Assembly: GCA_963761305.1 (NCBI GenBank)
Contig: CAVXGK010000002.1
Location: 3,296,001 to 3,360,000, forward strand
DNA: 64,000 bases
Direction of reading: 5' to 3'
Source: an uncultured Gemmatimonadaceae bacterium
GTDB lineage: Bacteria; Gemmatimonadota; Gemmatimonadetes; Gemmatimonadales; Gemmatimonadaceae
The notes below the pieces were generated by a model, which saw only the letters and a list, made by a program, of their open reading frames with translations, was not told where the DNA came from and made no database searches. The translations under genes were made by a program, and so were the position numbers. Shown here piece after piece: positions 9,812-19,021 of the stretch (position 1 is the stretch's first letter; each line of letters opens with the position of its first letter).

Positions 9812-10990
9812 ATGCGGCCGCTCGACGGCATCACCGTCGTCTCGCTCGAGCAAGCCGTGTCGGCGCCGTTCTGCACACGCCAACTCGCCGACTACGGCGC
9901 TCGCGTCATCAAGATCGAACGTCCCGGCGAGGGCGACTTCGCGCGGAAGTACGACCGCGCGGTCAAAGGGCAGTCGTCGTACTTCGTGTGGTTGAATCGA
10001 TCGAAGGAGAGCGTCACGCTCGACGTGTCGCAGCCGGCGGCGCGCGAGGTGCTCGATCGCCTGCTCGCGCACGCGGACGTGCTGGTGCAGAACCTTGGCC
10101 CCGGCGCCACGGGGCGGCTCGGTCTCGACTGGCCGTCGCTCGCCGATCGATTCCCGCGATTGATTCTCGTCGACATCTCGGGCTACGGCGACGGCGGCCC
10201 GATGTCCGATCGCAAGGCGTACGATCTGCTCGTCCAAGCCGAGACCGGGCTCCTCTCCGTGACCGGCTCGGACGACACGCCGTCACGCGCCGGCGTCTCC
10301 ATCGCCGACATCGCCGCCGGCATGTATGCGTATTCGGGAACGCTCATGGCGCTGCTCCAGCGCGGCCAGACCGGACGCGGCACGCGCGTCGCCGTGTCGA
10401 TGCTCGACGCGCTCGGCGAGTGGATGAGCCAGCCGATGTACTTCGGGAAATACTCCGGCGTCGCGCCGGCTCGCACTGGCGCGTCGCATCCGACCATCGC
10501 GCCGTACGGCCCGCACCGCGCCGGCGACGGCCACGACGTCCTATTCGGAATCCAAAACGATCGCGAGTGGACGCGTTTCTGCGCCGACGTCCTCGGCGCA
10601 CCCAAGCTGGCAAGCGACGACCGTTTCGCCGACAATCCGCGTCGGGTGGCCAACCGCGCCGACCTCACACGAGTCATCGAGCAGGCGTTCGACGGGATGA
10701 CGAGCGAAGACGTGGTGCGCCGTCTCGACGCGGCGGGCATCGCGAACGGCCGACTCAACGACGTTCATGAATTCGCCGCCCACGATCAACTTCGCGCGCG
10801 CAACCGGTGGCGATCCATCGCGACGGAGTCCGGCGATTTCGACGCCTTGCTTCCTCCGGCGACGCTCGACGGCGTTGACGCGGCGATGGGCGGCGTGCCG
10901 AGCTTGGGCCAACATACCGACGGCGTGCTGGCCGAGCTCGGCTACGACGCCGCTACAATAAATCAGATGCGGGCGACGAGGGCGATATGA
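9812..10990 (+). CDS. CaiB/BaiF family III CoA-transferase
   Basis: PLDGITVVSLEQAVSAPFCTRQLADYGARVIKIE, NRSKES, KAYDLLVQ. Confidence 0.92.
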   Translation: MRPLDGITVVSLEQAVSAPFCTRQLADYGARVIKIERPGEGDFARKYDRAVKGQSSYFVWLNRSKESVTLDVSQPAAREVLDRLLAHADVLVQNLGPGATGRLGLDWPSLADRFPRLILVDISGYGDGGPMSDRKAYDLLVQAETGLLSVTGSDDTPSRAGVSIADIAAGMYAYSGTLMALLQRGQTGRGTRVAVSMLDALGEWMSQPMYFGKYSGVAPARTGASHPTIAPYGPHRAGDGHDVLFGIQNDREWTRFCADVLGAPKLASDDRFADNPRRVANRADLTRVIEQAFDGMTSEDVVRRLDAAGIANGRLNDVHEFAAHDQLRARNRWRSIATESGDFDALLPPATLDGVDAAMGGVPSLGQHTDGVLAELGYDAATINQMRATRAI

Positions 10991-12369
10991 CCACAGTGAC
11001 AACGGCAACGATTGGCGCGACGGGGACCCGCGCTCTGGCGGAGTTCGCCGCCGAGCTCCGCTACGACGACATCCCCGCGCACGTGATCGAAGGCGCGAAG
11101 GATCTCATGGTCGATTGGCTGGGATCCGCGCTGGCGGGGAAGGGCGCGCGGCCGGTCGTCGCACTCGAACAGTTCGCCGTCGAGATGGGCCCGCGCGACG
11201 GGCCGTCGGAGATCATCCCGAGCCGCGGCGCCACGAGCCCGTTGTTCGCCGCGCTGATCAACGGCGCTGCGTCGCACGTCGCCGAGCAGGACGACGTTCA
11301 CAACGGTGCGGTGTTCCATCCAGCGACGGTCGTGTTTCCGGCGGTGCTCGCCGTCGCGCAATCCGAACGTGCATCCGGGCGCGAGCTGCTCGCCGCCGCG
11401 GTCGCCGGCTACGAGGTCGGGATTCGCGTCGGAGAGTTCCTCGGCCGCTCGCACTACAAGATCTTTCATACGACCGGCACCGCCGGCACCATCGCCTCCG
11501 CGGCCGCCGTCGCTCGCCTCCTCAACCTCGACGCCGACGCAACGCAACACGCGATCGGTTCCGCGGGCACGCAGGCCGCCGGTCTCTGGGAGTTTCTCCG
11601 CGACGCCGCCGACTCGAAGCAGCTTCACACCGCCAAGGCGGCGGCCGACGGTCTTCTCTCGGCGTATCTCGCCCGATCGGGCGTGACCGGCGCGCGGCGA
11701 ATCCTCGAGGGTGCGCAAGGCCTCGCCGCCGGCATGTCCCACGACGCCGATCCGTCCAGGCTGACCGACCAACTCGGCGTTCGCTGGGCGACGATTGAGA
11801 CTTCTTACAAGCTGCACGCATCGTGTCGGCACACCCATCCCGCCGCCGACGCGCTGCTGTCGCTGATGGAACAGGAACGTCTGTCCCACGACCAGATCGC
11901 GCGCGTCACCGCGCGCGTCCATCAGGGCGCCATCGATGTGCTCGGCCAAGTCGCCGAGCCGACGAGCGTTCATCAGGCCAAGTTCTCGATGGGCACGGTC
12001 CTTGGCCTCATCGCCGTGCGCCGGAGCGCCGGGCTCGACGACTTCGAGCATGCGCTCGACGACGCGCGAGTGTCGGCATTTCGAGATCGCGTGCGCATGG
12101 TGCTCGATGACGAAGTCGATGCCGCCTACCCGCGCCGGTGGCTCGGCCGAGTGGACGTAGAAACGACGGATGGCCGCACGCTGCGCGGGCGAGTGGACGT
12201 GCCGAAAGGTGATCCGGGAAACTCGCTGTCGCGCACAGAGCTCGAGCAGAAAGCCGTGCGCCTCGCGCGGTTCGGCGCGGCCGCGACAGAGTCCGAGGTT
12301 CGCGCGGCGATAGAGCGGATCTGGAGACTGGATTCAGTCGAGCGAGTGGAGCGTTTGGTTCGCGGCTGA
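10987..12369 (+). CDS. MmgE/PrpD family protein
   Basis: NGAASHVAEQDDVH, HPATVV, FHTTGTAG, KLHASCRHTH, PKGDP; ATGA overlap with the upstream gene. Confidence 0.92.
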   Translation: MTTVTTATIGATGTRALAEFAAELRYDDIPAHVIEGAKDLMVDWLGSALAGKGARPVVALEQFAVEMGPRDGPSEIIPSRGATSPLFAALINGAASHVAEQDDVHNGAVFHPATVVFPAVLAVAQSERASGRELLAAAVAGYEVGIRVGEFLGRSHYKIFHTTGTAGTIASAAAVARLLNLDADATQHAIGSAGTQAAGLWEFLRDAADSKQLHTAKAAADGLLSAYLARSGVTGARRILEGAQGLAAGMSHDADPSRLTDQLGVRWATIETSYKLHASCRHTHPAADALLSLMEQERLSHDQIARVTARVHQGAIDVLGQVAEPTSVHQAKFSMGTVLGLIAVRRSAGLDDFEHALDDARVSAFRDRVRMVLDDEVDAAYPRRWLGRVDVETTDGRTLRGRVDVPKGDPGNSLSRTELEQKAVRLARFGAAATESEVRAAIERIWRLDSVERVERLVRG

Positions 12370-12436
12370 AACCCCTGCCAACCCAGCCCCGTACCATGCC
12401 TCACCATCCCGTGCCCCCGTTCCCGAGCGCCTGACT

Positions 12437-14887
12437 GTGCCCTCGATCGCCAGCGACCTTCGTCTCTCCGCCCGCCGCGCACTCAAGCGCCCGGGGTTCA
12501 CCATCGTCGCGCTCCTCTCGCTCACGCTCGGCATTGGAGCGAACACGGCTGTCTTCAGCCTGGTGAACGCGATCCTCCTCCGCCACGCGCCGATTCCGCA
12601 CTCGGAGCAAATCGCTGAGGTCTTTCAGAAACAGACGGACTTCGCCTACGCGCCGTTTTCGTATCCGGACTACGTCGACTTTCGACGCGCGACGGCGGGG
12701 ACGTTCACACAGATCTCGATGTCGATGTTCACGGTCGCTGCGCACGACCTGGGCGATCACGTCGAGTCGCTGATGGGCGAGATGGTGAACGGCGACTATT
12801 TCCCGCTGCTCGGCCTTCGCCCAGCGGCGGGCCGCCTGCTCGGTCCGCAGGATGACATCACTCCCGGCGCGCATCCGGTCGTCGTGCTCTCGCACGACTA
12901 TTGGCAGCGCGCATTCGCGAGCGATCCATCGGCGGTCGGACGCACGATGCGACTCTCGGGGCGCGAGTACACGATCGTCGGCGTTGCGCCGGCGTCCTAC
13001 ACCGGGATCGTGAACGGCATCGCGCCGGCGGTGTTCGTGCCGGTCCAGATGATCAACCAGCTGCAGCCGGACACTCGCGACCAGCTCGTGCAGCGATCCA
13101 ACCACTCAGGGTTCATCAAAGCGCGACTCGCTCCCGGCGCGTCGATGGTGCAGGCGAAAGAGGTCGCCGCTCGCTTCACGGCCGACATGCTGAAGAAGTA
13201 TCCGGCGAACTGGCCGACGGGGACGGCGCTCACCGTCATTCCGATGGACAAGGTCGCGGTGAATCCGCTGATCGATCCCATCGTCGTGCCGGCGGCCGCG
13301 GCGCTGATGGTCGTCGTCGGACTCGTGCTGCTCGTCGCTTGCGCGAACCTCGCCAGCTTCCTCCTCGCGCAGGCGCGCGACCGTCGCAAGGAAGTCGCAA
13401 TCCGCTTGGCCATCGGCGCCAAGCGCAGCGTGCTCGTGCGACAGTTCCTCGTCGAATCGCTGCTGCTCTCGGCGACGGGCGGCGTGTTGGGCGTCATCGT
13501 GTCGGGCGTCGCGCTCCGCGCCGTGCTGCATGCCGACCTGCCGCTCCCGCTCCCCATCACGCTCGACGTTTCGCTGGATTGGCGCGTGCTCTCATTCGCC
13601 ATCGCCGCGTCGGCGATCGCCGGCGTGCTGTTCGGACTATTGCCGGCCCTGCAAGCGACGCGGGCGACCGTCGTCGAGACAATCAAGCACGAAAACGCCG
13701 ACGGCGGTCCGACCCGCCGCTTCACCGTTCGCAACGCGCTCGTCGTCGGTCAGGTCGCGGTGTCACTCACACTGCTCATCACCGCATCGCTCTTTTTGCG
13801 AAGCCTGCAAGCCCGCGCGACGGTGAACCCCGGTTTCGGCGCGTCGCCGGCCGGCATGCTGTGGATGGCGATTCCCGCCGACCGCTACGACTCGACGAAA
13901 CAGCGCCTCCTGCTCGCCGACATCGAGCGTCGCATGGCGCGAATTCCTGGCGTCGTCACCGTCGGCGCGATCGACAACATGCTGCTCAACGTGCTGAGCC
14001 AGCAGGGCAAACGCATTCGCGTTCCCGGCGTCACGCCGCCCAAGGGGCAAGACCGGTTCGACGTCGACTTCTCGGCCGTCGATTCGGGATTCTTCGGAGC
14101 GATCGGAATCACCATCGTGCGCGGCCGCGGCATCACCGCCACCGACGCACTCGGCGCCCCGCGAGTCGCCGTGATCAACGAGACGATGGCCAACCGCTTC
14201 TGGCCCGGCAAGGAGGCCGTCGGCCAGACGTTCAGCACAGACTCCGTGACCTACCAGGTCGTCGGCGTCGCGCACGACACGAAGGTTCGCACGCTCGGCG
14301 AGGACCCGCGCCCGTTCATCTTCACGTCGATCCTGCAGGAATTCTCGATGACGTCGATGCTCGTCGCCCGTACCAGCGGCGACGCCGACCGCACGGCGAC
14401 CGAGATGCTCGCCACGTTGCGTGCCGTCGATCCGAATCTCATGGCGATCCAGGTGAAGACGATGTCCCGCCACCTCGCCGCGATGTTGCTTCCGGCGCGA
14501 CTCGGCGCGATGGCGTTCATGCTCTTCGCCGCACTGGCGCTCGCGCTTGCCGTGCTCGGCGTCTACGGGGTCGTCGGGTACGCGGTCTCGCGCCGCTCGC
14601 GCGAAGCCGGCATCCGTTTGGCCGTCGGCGCCCAGCCGCGGGCGATCGTTCGCCTGCTCATGCGCGAAGGCGTGCTGCTGGTGTCGGTCGGTACGGGAAT
14701 CGGCCTGCTCCTCGGCCTCGGTGCCGCGCAGGTGCTGCGGACCCTGTTGTACGGCGTGGGCGCCGGCGATCCGGTCACCTTCATCGCCGCGCCCGTGATA
14801 CTGCTGGCCGTGGGAGCGATGGCGGCATTTCTGCCCGCGCGGAGAGCAGGGCGAGTGGATCCGGCGAGTGTGCTGAGGGCGGAGTGA
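12437..14887 (+). CDS. MacB/FtsX-like duplicated ABC permease (ADOP-type)
   Basis: TLGIGANTAVFS, LLVACANLA, EVAIRLAIGA, RRAGRVDPASVLRAE. Confidence 0.92.
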   Translation: MPSIASDLRLSARRALKRPGFTIVALLSLTLGIGANTAVFSLVNAILLRHAPIPHSEQIAEVFQKQTDFAYAPFSYPDYVDFRRATAGTFTQISMSMFTVAAHDLGDHVESLMGEMVNGDYFPLLGLRPAAGRLLGPQDDITPGAHPVVVLSHDYWQRAFASDPSAVGRTMRLSGREYTIVGVAPASYTGIVNGIAPAVFVPVQMINQLQPDTRDQLVQRSNHSGFIKARLAPGASMVQAKEVAARFTADMLKKYPANWPTGTALTVIPMDKVAVNPLIDPIVVPAAAALMVVVGLVLLVACANLASFLLAQARDRRKEVAIRLAIGAKRSVLVRQFLVESLLLSATGGVLGVIVSGVALRAVLHADLPLPLPITLDVSLDWRVLSFAIAASAIAGVLFGLLPALQATRATVVETIKHENADGGPTRRFTVRNALVVGQVAVSLTLLITASLFLRSLQARATVNPGFGASPAGMLWMAIPADRYDSTKQRLLLADIERRMARIPGVVTVGAIDNMLLNVLSQQGKRIRVPGVTPPKGQDRFDVDFSAVDSGFFGAIGITIVRGRGITATDALGAPRVAVINETMANRFWPGKEAVGQTFSTDSVTYQVVGVAHDTKVRTLGEDPRPFIFTSILQEFSMTSMLVARTSGDADRTATEMLATLRAVDPNLMAIQVKTMSRHLAAMLLPARLGAMAFMLFAALALALAVLGVYGVVGYAVSRRSREAGIRLAVGAQPRAIVRLLMREGVLLVSVGTGIGLLLGLGAAQVLRTLLYGVGAGDPVTFIAAPVILLAVGAMAAFLPARRAGRVDPASVLRAE

Positions 14888-15063
14888 ACTTCAACGGCAG
14901 TTGTTAGTTGACAGTTGTCAGTTGAAGCGTTCAGTCACCGACTACTCCGACTGAATACCGTCGATTGCCGACCGTCGTTGCGGCGATACCCCGCCGGCCT
15001 TGCCATTTTCGGCGGACCCTCGCAGTCTGATCCGGGTACCGGCTCGCCATCACGGAGGCCACT

Positions 15064-15816
15064 ATGCGCACTCGATCTCTTGTCGTCGCCGCATCCTTCG
15101 CGTTCCCGCTCTGTCTGGCCGCGCAAGCTCGCCCGCCGGTCCGCGTTCCTCCTCCACCGCCCCCGCCTTCAACGCGTCCGCCACAGGCTGCGCCGCAGCC
15201 CGCCGCGGTGGCGCGCCAGCTTCAGTACCGGCGGTCGCGCTGGGGTGCCGAGGCGTTCTCGATGATCACGTTGGGCCAGGTGCCGGCCGACAACGGCACG
15301 CTCACGCGATATACGAGTTTCGGCAACGGCCTGCGCGGCGACTATCGCTTCACCGACCACTGGTCGGCCACGATCGACGTGACCGCGTCGTACCTGTTTT
15401 CGCCGACGATCACCGAGTCGGGTGAGATCGGGACCCGTTACTCGCCGCTGTCGCTCGACCGCGAGCTGCGCCCCTTCCTCGTCGGGCGCCTCGGCTACAT
15501 GCACATGTACGACACCTTCCTCACGTCGGTCAGCCCATCGCTCAACGGTGGTTTCGGCGGCAACGACTACACCGACGTCGGACGATACACTCAGGGCTTC
15601 GGCGCTTCACTCGGCACCGGTGTAGAGTTTCCTCTTACACGATCGCTGCTGCTGACGAGCGAATTGTCGGCGATGCGCAACCGGATGACCACGTATCGCA
15701 TCGACGCGTCGCTGCCAGAGGATCGCAGCTTCTGGATGACGGGCTTCCGGTTCGCGGTCGGGGTCAAATTGAATCCGATGCAGACGTTGCACCTGGATCA
15801 GAAGCCCACGATGTGA
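15064..15816 (+). CDS. Secreted protein, probable outer-membrane beta-barrel with Pro-rich N-terminus
   Basis: GGAGG RBS, signal peptide, poly-Pro stretch, alternating amphipathic strands ending FRFAVGVKL. Confidence 0.7.
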   Translation: MRTRSLVVAASFAFPLCLAAQARPPVRVPPPPPPPSTRPPQAAPQPAAVARQLQYRRSRWGAEAFSMITLGQVPADNGTLTRYTSFGNGLRGDYRFTDHWSATIDVTASYLFSPTITESGEIGTRYSPLSLDRELRPFLVGRLGYMHMYDTFLTSVSPSLNGGFGGNDYTDVGRYTQGFGASLGTGVEFPLTRSLLLTSELSAMRNRMTTYRIDASLPEDRSFWMTGFRFAVGVKLNPMQTLHLDQKPTM

Positions 15817-15930
15817 GTCCGCACAACGGCAGCCGTTGTCGACGGTCTTCAGTGAGGTCGCCATGGCTGAGAACCTCCAACTGAGACCACCGACTGACAA
15901 CTGCCGTTGGACGTTCGGTCGGTACTTCCG

Positions 15931-16404
15931 TCAGAACCGAACGTCCGATCCCGAATCGGCCTTGCTCGCCGCCTTTCCACGCTTCTCCGATATCCGCTCC
16001 ACGACGATCGCGACTTCTCGATCGCTGAGTCCATTCGTGCGGTCGACCGCGCGCGCCAGATCCGCCTGGGCCACGATGCCGACGCAGTTGTCGCCGTCCA
16101 TCACCAGCACGCGTCGCACCTGATTGTCCGACATGACGCGCTGAACTTCCTTCACGTCGTCGTCGGCGCGAACGCTGCACAGCTTCTTCGTCGCGATCTC
16201 GCCGACCATCGCGGCGGAGTTCGTGCCGCTGGCCAGTCCGCGAATCACGAGGTCCCGGTCGGTGACGATGCCGACGGCGCGGCCGTTGTCCACGATCGGC
16301 ACCGCGCCGCAGTCGTGATCGCGCATCGCCTTCGCCACGTCGGCGAGAGAGTCGTTCGACGAACAGAAGCACGGATTCTTCGTCATGATGTCGGCGGCTT
16401 TCAT
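15931..16404 (-). CDS. CBS domain pair protein
   Basis: DIMTKNP, GAVPIVD, GIVTDRDL, QVRRVLV, GIVAQADL. Confidence 0.9.
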   Translation of the reverse strand: MKAADIMTKNPCFCSSNDSLADVAKAMRDHDCGAVPIVDNGRAVGIVTDRDLVIRGLASGTNSAAMVGEIATKKLCSVRADDDVKEVQRVMSDNQVRRVLVMDGDNCVGIVAQADLARAVDRTNGLSDREVAIVVERISEKRGKAASKADSGSDVRF

Positions 16405-16649
16405 TTTGACGTCTCCCGGGAGGGCGCGTGGCGGCCGGCCTCGACGCGAGGTCGGACCATTCGAGATCCCGCGAGCGAGAGCTATGCCGAAATCGCCGGG
16501 CTCGACATCAGGGTGCGACCAGCACCTCCATTGCTCCCTGAACAGTCGGATCCGCGACCCGCCCGCAATGGCGTACGTGTGGCCCACGCGCCTGGCGAGC
16601 ACGAGCCCGGTGCTCGAGTCCGCGACCGCGACGCCGGCAGGCTGGCACT

Positions 16650-16952
16650 CTAACTCCTCGCCTCGTAAGTCCCCACTGCCTCGAGCACCGTCGTCACCGG
16701 CGGCACGTCGCACCGCTCGCGAATGCCGGCCGTAAACGCCTTGAACTCGGCGAGTTGCTGAAGCGGGTTCCGATCCGGATCCGCCACCGCGGCGAGATGA
16801 ACGAACGTCACGCCGTCGTCCAATCGATATGACGTGTAGCTCAAGCCGGGCGGCGTCGTGCGTGAGAGGGCCGAGAACACGTCGCGGATGAGCCGCGCGT
16901 TCTCGTCGGCCTGGTCGGGTCGTGTGGTGTAACGAACCATGATCTGTCTCAT
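16650..16952 (-). CDS. Small hypothetical protein (dimeric alpha/beta-barrel, ABM-like)
   Basis: MVRYTTRPDQADEN...DGVTFVHL; GAGG RBS; divergent from the ECF gene. Confidence 0.75.
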   Translation of the reverse strand: MRQIMVRYTTRPDQADENARLIRDVFSALSRTTPPGLSYTSYRLDDGVTFVHLAAVADPDRNPLQQLAEFKAFTAGIRERCDVPPVTTVLEAVGTYEARS

Positions 16953-16988
16953 GTGAGCCTCGCGCTGAGTTGACCTGAAGGGCTATCT

Positions 16989-17072
16989 AGTTTGTCGCCT
17001 TGCGAAGCCAAAAGGATACGCGAGCTCGCGGTTCCCCAAGCCGACGTATCCTTTTGCCGGGTCTCTTTCGTC
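16989..17072. promoter_or_regulatory. Back-to-back ECF-type promoters (CGTATCC-N16/17-CG(T/A)C on both strands)
   Basis: Perfect 12-bp inverted repeat CAAAAGGATACG (17009-17020) / CGTATCCTTTTG (17045-17056); each half is followed at 16-17 bp by CGAC or CGTC. Confidence 0.65.
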
Positions 17073-17082
17073 GAACAAGGAA

Positions 17083-18009
17083 ATGACGTCTCTGGGTGAG
17101 AGCTCGACGGAGCTCGCGGCTACGCTCCAACAGTCGCTCGCGCCGCGAAAGGCATTCGTCGCGGCGGTCAGCGGCCTGCGTCCACGGCTGCATCGCTTCT
17201 GCGCTCGCATGTGCGGATCGACGCTCGACGGCGAGGACGTCGTCCAGGAAGTCCTCGCCGAAGCGTTCTTCAATCTCGCGTCGCTGAAGGACCCGGCTCG
17301 CTTCGAGGCGTGGATGTTCAGAATCGCCTACAACAAATGCATCGACTTCCTGCGACGCGAGCGACGCCACGACGACGTCGTTGCGTTCGACGCGGCCCAC
17401 GACCGCGCACCCGAGGTTGACGCCACGACCCCCGACGACGCGCCGATCGACGACGCGTTGGCGAAGCTGGTCGGCGGGTTGCCGCCGAAGGAGCGCGCGT
17501 CGGTTCTATTGAAGGATGTCCTCGACTACTCGCTCGCCGAGGTCGCCGACATCGCCGACACGACGCTCGGCGGCGTCAAAGCGGCGCTGCACCGAGGTCG
17601 TGCCAAGCTCCATCAGCTGAAATCCGTGCCCGCTCCGGCGGTCGCCGCGTTCGACGTCGAGCAACGAAAGCTCTTCGACGCCTACGCCGAGTGCTTCAAT
17701 CGGCGCGACTGGGAAGGCCTCAAGCATCTGGTCAGGGCCGACGCGCGCCTCGAGATCGTCGGCGCGGCCGAGGGTCGCATGTCCGACCTCGGCGTCACGT
17801 ACTCCGCCAACTACGCGGCGTTATCGCACGAGTGGAAGCTGTCCTCCGGCTCGGTCGACGGAACGCTCGCCATCATCCACTGGCGACGCGACGGATCGGC
17901 GTGGCAACCGCACACGGCGATCCGCCTCTGGTCGCAGGATGGAAGGGTCGTGCGGATTCGCGACTACATTCACGTCGACTATTTGCTCGCCGACGCGCGA
18001 ACGGAGTGA
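17083..18009 (+). CDS. ECF sigma-70 factor with C-terminal SnoaL-like extension
   Basis: EDVVQE and WMFRIAYNKCIDFLRR (region 2); LPPKERAS...VKAALHRGR (region 4); extension AYAECFNRRDW...VVRIRDY. Confidence 0.9.
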   Translation: MTSLGESSTELAATLQQSLAPRKAFVAAVSGLRPRLHRFCARMCGSTLDGEDVVQEVLAEAFFNLASLKDPARFEAWMFRIAYNKCIDFLRRERRHDDVVAFDAAHDRAPEVDATTPDDAPIDDALAKLVGGLPPKERASVLLKDVLDYSLAEVADIADTTLGGVKAALHRGRAKLHQLKSVPAPAVAAFDVEQRKLFDAYAECFNRRDWEGLKHLVRADARLEIVGAAEGRMSDLGVTYSANYAALSHEWKLSSGSVDGTLAIIHWRRDGSAWQPHTAIRLWSQDGRVVRIRDYIHVDYLLADARTE

Positions 18010-18013
18010 CCCG

Positions 18014-18388
18014 CTACTGCGTGACGACGATCGCCATCGACCCTTTCTTGGTCGAATCGGCCACGGCGCTCGCGGTAATGGTCACGCGTCCGGTTCTGAG
18101 GGCCAGAATGAAGCCCGATGTCGCATCGATGCTTGCGATGGTCGAGTCGGATGACAACCACAAGACGCCCTCGTTCGCCGACGCGGTGCATGATTGGACC
18201 TGCGCGGCGGGTTGGAAGTTCTGCCCAACCTGCATCGTGTCCAGCGACGGTGTGACGATCACCGACGCGACGGCGCAGCTGTCGCTGCTGCCGGTGCCTG
18301 GACCGATGCCGGCGAGGTTCGTGGTCAACGCCGTATCGCAGGCGGTGACGAGAATGGCAGCGAGGCTCAACAGGACGGCGGCTCTCAT
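18014..18388 (-). CDS. Lipoprotein with bacterial Ig-like (Big_2) domain
   Basis: Lipobox VTAC; VASVIVTPS...WLSSDSTIASID...GRVTITA. Confidence 0.8.
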   Translation of the reverse strand: MRAAVLLSLAAILVTACDTALTTNLAGIGPGTGSSDSCAVASVIVTPSLDTMQVGQNFQPAAQVQSCTASANEGVLWLSSDSTIASIDATSGFILALRTGRVTITASAVADSTKKGSMAIVVTQ

Positions 18389-18580
18389 GTTCTCCGAATC
18401 GTTAACGTATATACAGAGAACAAGTTTGGCGGCCTGAGCGTTTGTTTGAATGCGCCGGATCACAGATCGCTGGCAAAGAATCGTTGCAGGGTGACCGGCG
18501 AGTGCGGCTATCGGCTTGCCCGGCGATGAAGAAAAACTTCTTTGTGCACGGCGCTCGCGTGCCCTCTCGTCCCTTGGGTA

Positions 18581-18620
18581 TTGACCGCTTATATCCCCAG
18601 GATATAAGCTGGTTATATCC
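18581..18620 (+). promoter_or_regulatory. Sigma70-like promoter overlapped by a palindromic operator upstream of PadR
   Basis: TTGACC at 18581; GCTTATATCC-cca-GGATATAAGC (18587-18609); extra TTATATCC half-site at 18613-18620. Confidence 0.7.
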
Positions 18621-18649
18621 TCAGCTGGTCCGGCCCCCCTCGGGACACC

Positions 18650-19018
18650 ATGATCAAGCGCAACGAGAAACCCGCGCTCGCCCGCATCGAGCTCCTCCAG
18701 GGAACGCTCGACCTCATCGTCCTCCAGGCTCTCCGCTGGGGGCCGCGCCACGGCTACGGTCTCGTGCAGATGATCGACGCCACGACCCGCGGTGTGCTGC
18801 AAGTCGACGCCGGCGCGATCTATCCCGCGCTCCACCGGCTCGAGCGCCAAAGGCTGATTGACGCCGAGTGGACCGTCTCCGAGAACAAACAGCGCGTCCG
18901 CCTCTATCGCCTCACCGCCGCCGGCCGCAAGCGACTCGCCGCCGAGCGCTCGAAGTGGGAGCAGATGTCGAACGCGATCGCCGAATTGTTCGTGCCGCCG
19001 ACCGCCGAGGAGGGCTGA
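18650..19018 (+). CDS. PadR family transcriptional regulator
   Basis: LLQGTLDLIVL, HGYGL, IYPALHRLE, YRLTAAGRKRL. Confidence 0.93.
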   Translation: MIKRNEKPALARIELLQGTLDLIVLQALRWGPRHGYGLVQMIDATTRGVLQVDAGAIYPALHRLERQRLIDAEWTVSENKQRVRLYRLTAAGRKRLAAERSKWEQMSNAIAELFVPPTAEEG

Positions 19019-19021
19019 GAC

